Origin: Camelus ferus
Lineage: Eukaryota
Direction of reading: 5' to 3'
Assembly (NCBI RefSeq): GCF_009834535.1
Contig: NC_045696.1
Span: forward strand, 12,774,001 to 12,838,000
DNA: 64,000 nt
The notes below the pieces were generated by a model. That model ran no database searches, was not told the DNA's origin, and saw only the letters and a program-made list of their open reading frames with translations. Shown in pieces: positions 63,487 through 64,000 of the stretch. The translations under genes and the position numbers were made by a program. Within the stretch, counting starts at the first letter, position 1. Every line of letters starts with the position of its first letter.

Positions 63487-64000
63487 GTGTGCCCTCCTCC
63501 AACCTCTTCCCGTAAGACTGACAACAGTAGTCCTCTACTTCATTGATAATAGGGTAGAGAACATGTAGAAAAGCAGCAGAGCAAAATGTATCTTGGAAGT
63601 CTCTGAGTCAACTATTGCCAATGGCAACCTCTGAGCCATCTGGGGCAGGTCGGTCACCTATTTGTTGAGGTGTTGATTGGAACTCCAGGACGCTGGTTCT
63701 TTCCCTTAATACAAAACCAATTTTAAGCCAAGTCATTTAAGACCTTTGGAAAACTGACTCTAAAATAGCATGTGATATCCTGGGGGAAAAAATAAACCAT
63801 GATTTAGTAAACACAATGATCCACAGAGTAAGGATTGCTTTATATGGTGTTCTCACAGAAACTGAAGGCACTGATGATCAAGTGTGGCCAGGAAGAAAAA
63901 TCCTTGATGCACCCATGTAAGTTCCAATTTGAAGTGGATTTCTTGATGTCCCCAGCCCAGTGTTTGCTGCCCGCCAGCTCTGGGAAGCGGGTGGAAGGAT

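Overview
Mammalian (eukaryotic, intron-containing) genomic DNA, probably from a camelid judging by tRNA-Ala-derived SINEs of the Vic-1 type. It is syntenic with the human chr21 block RWDD2B - USP16 - CCT8 - MAP3K7CL. Three complete genes were reconstructed by hand from splice sites and translation: RWDD2B (minus, CDS 1690-3391, 290 aa, exon 1 near 10292-10440), USP16 (plus, 17 coding exons, 16841-38440, 826 aa) and CCT8 (minus, 15 exons, 53315-39978, 548 aa). The right end carries a remnant resembling the 5' part of MAP3K7CL. The most interesting observation is a second, paralogous copy of the CCT8 last coding exon (40385-40477, IIMAKLAGGPKAPKPQGNWDKDGWQDESHI*) inside the final intron. It has a correct-phase acceptor, mostly synonymous divergence, a plausible donor 12 nt after its stop and an RBFOX motif 30 nt into the next intron, so it looks like a regulated swap of the TRiC/CCT theta C-terminal tail. 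Other points are an RWDD2B uORF ending in an ATGA stop/start overlap, two USP16 uORFs, a NAGNAG acceptor, a GC-AG intron, an intact solo ERV1-type LTR just upstream of the USP16 promoter and two adjacent MER41-like LTRs. Repeat family names and cross-species comparisons come from memory, not from searches. Most ORFs in the supplied track are spurious.
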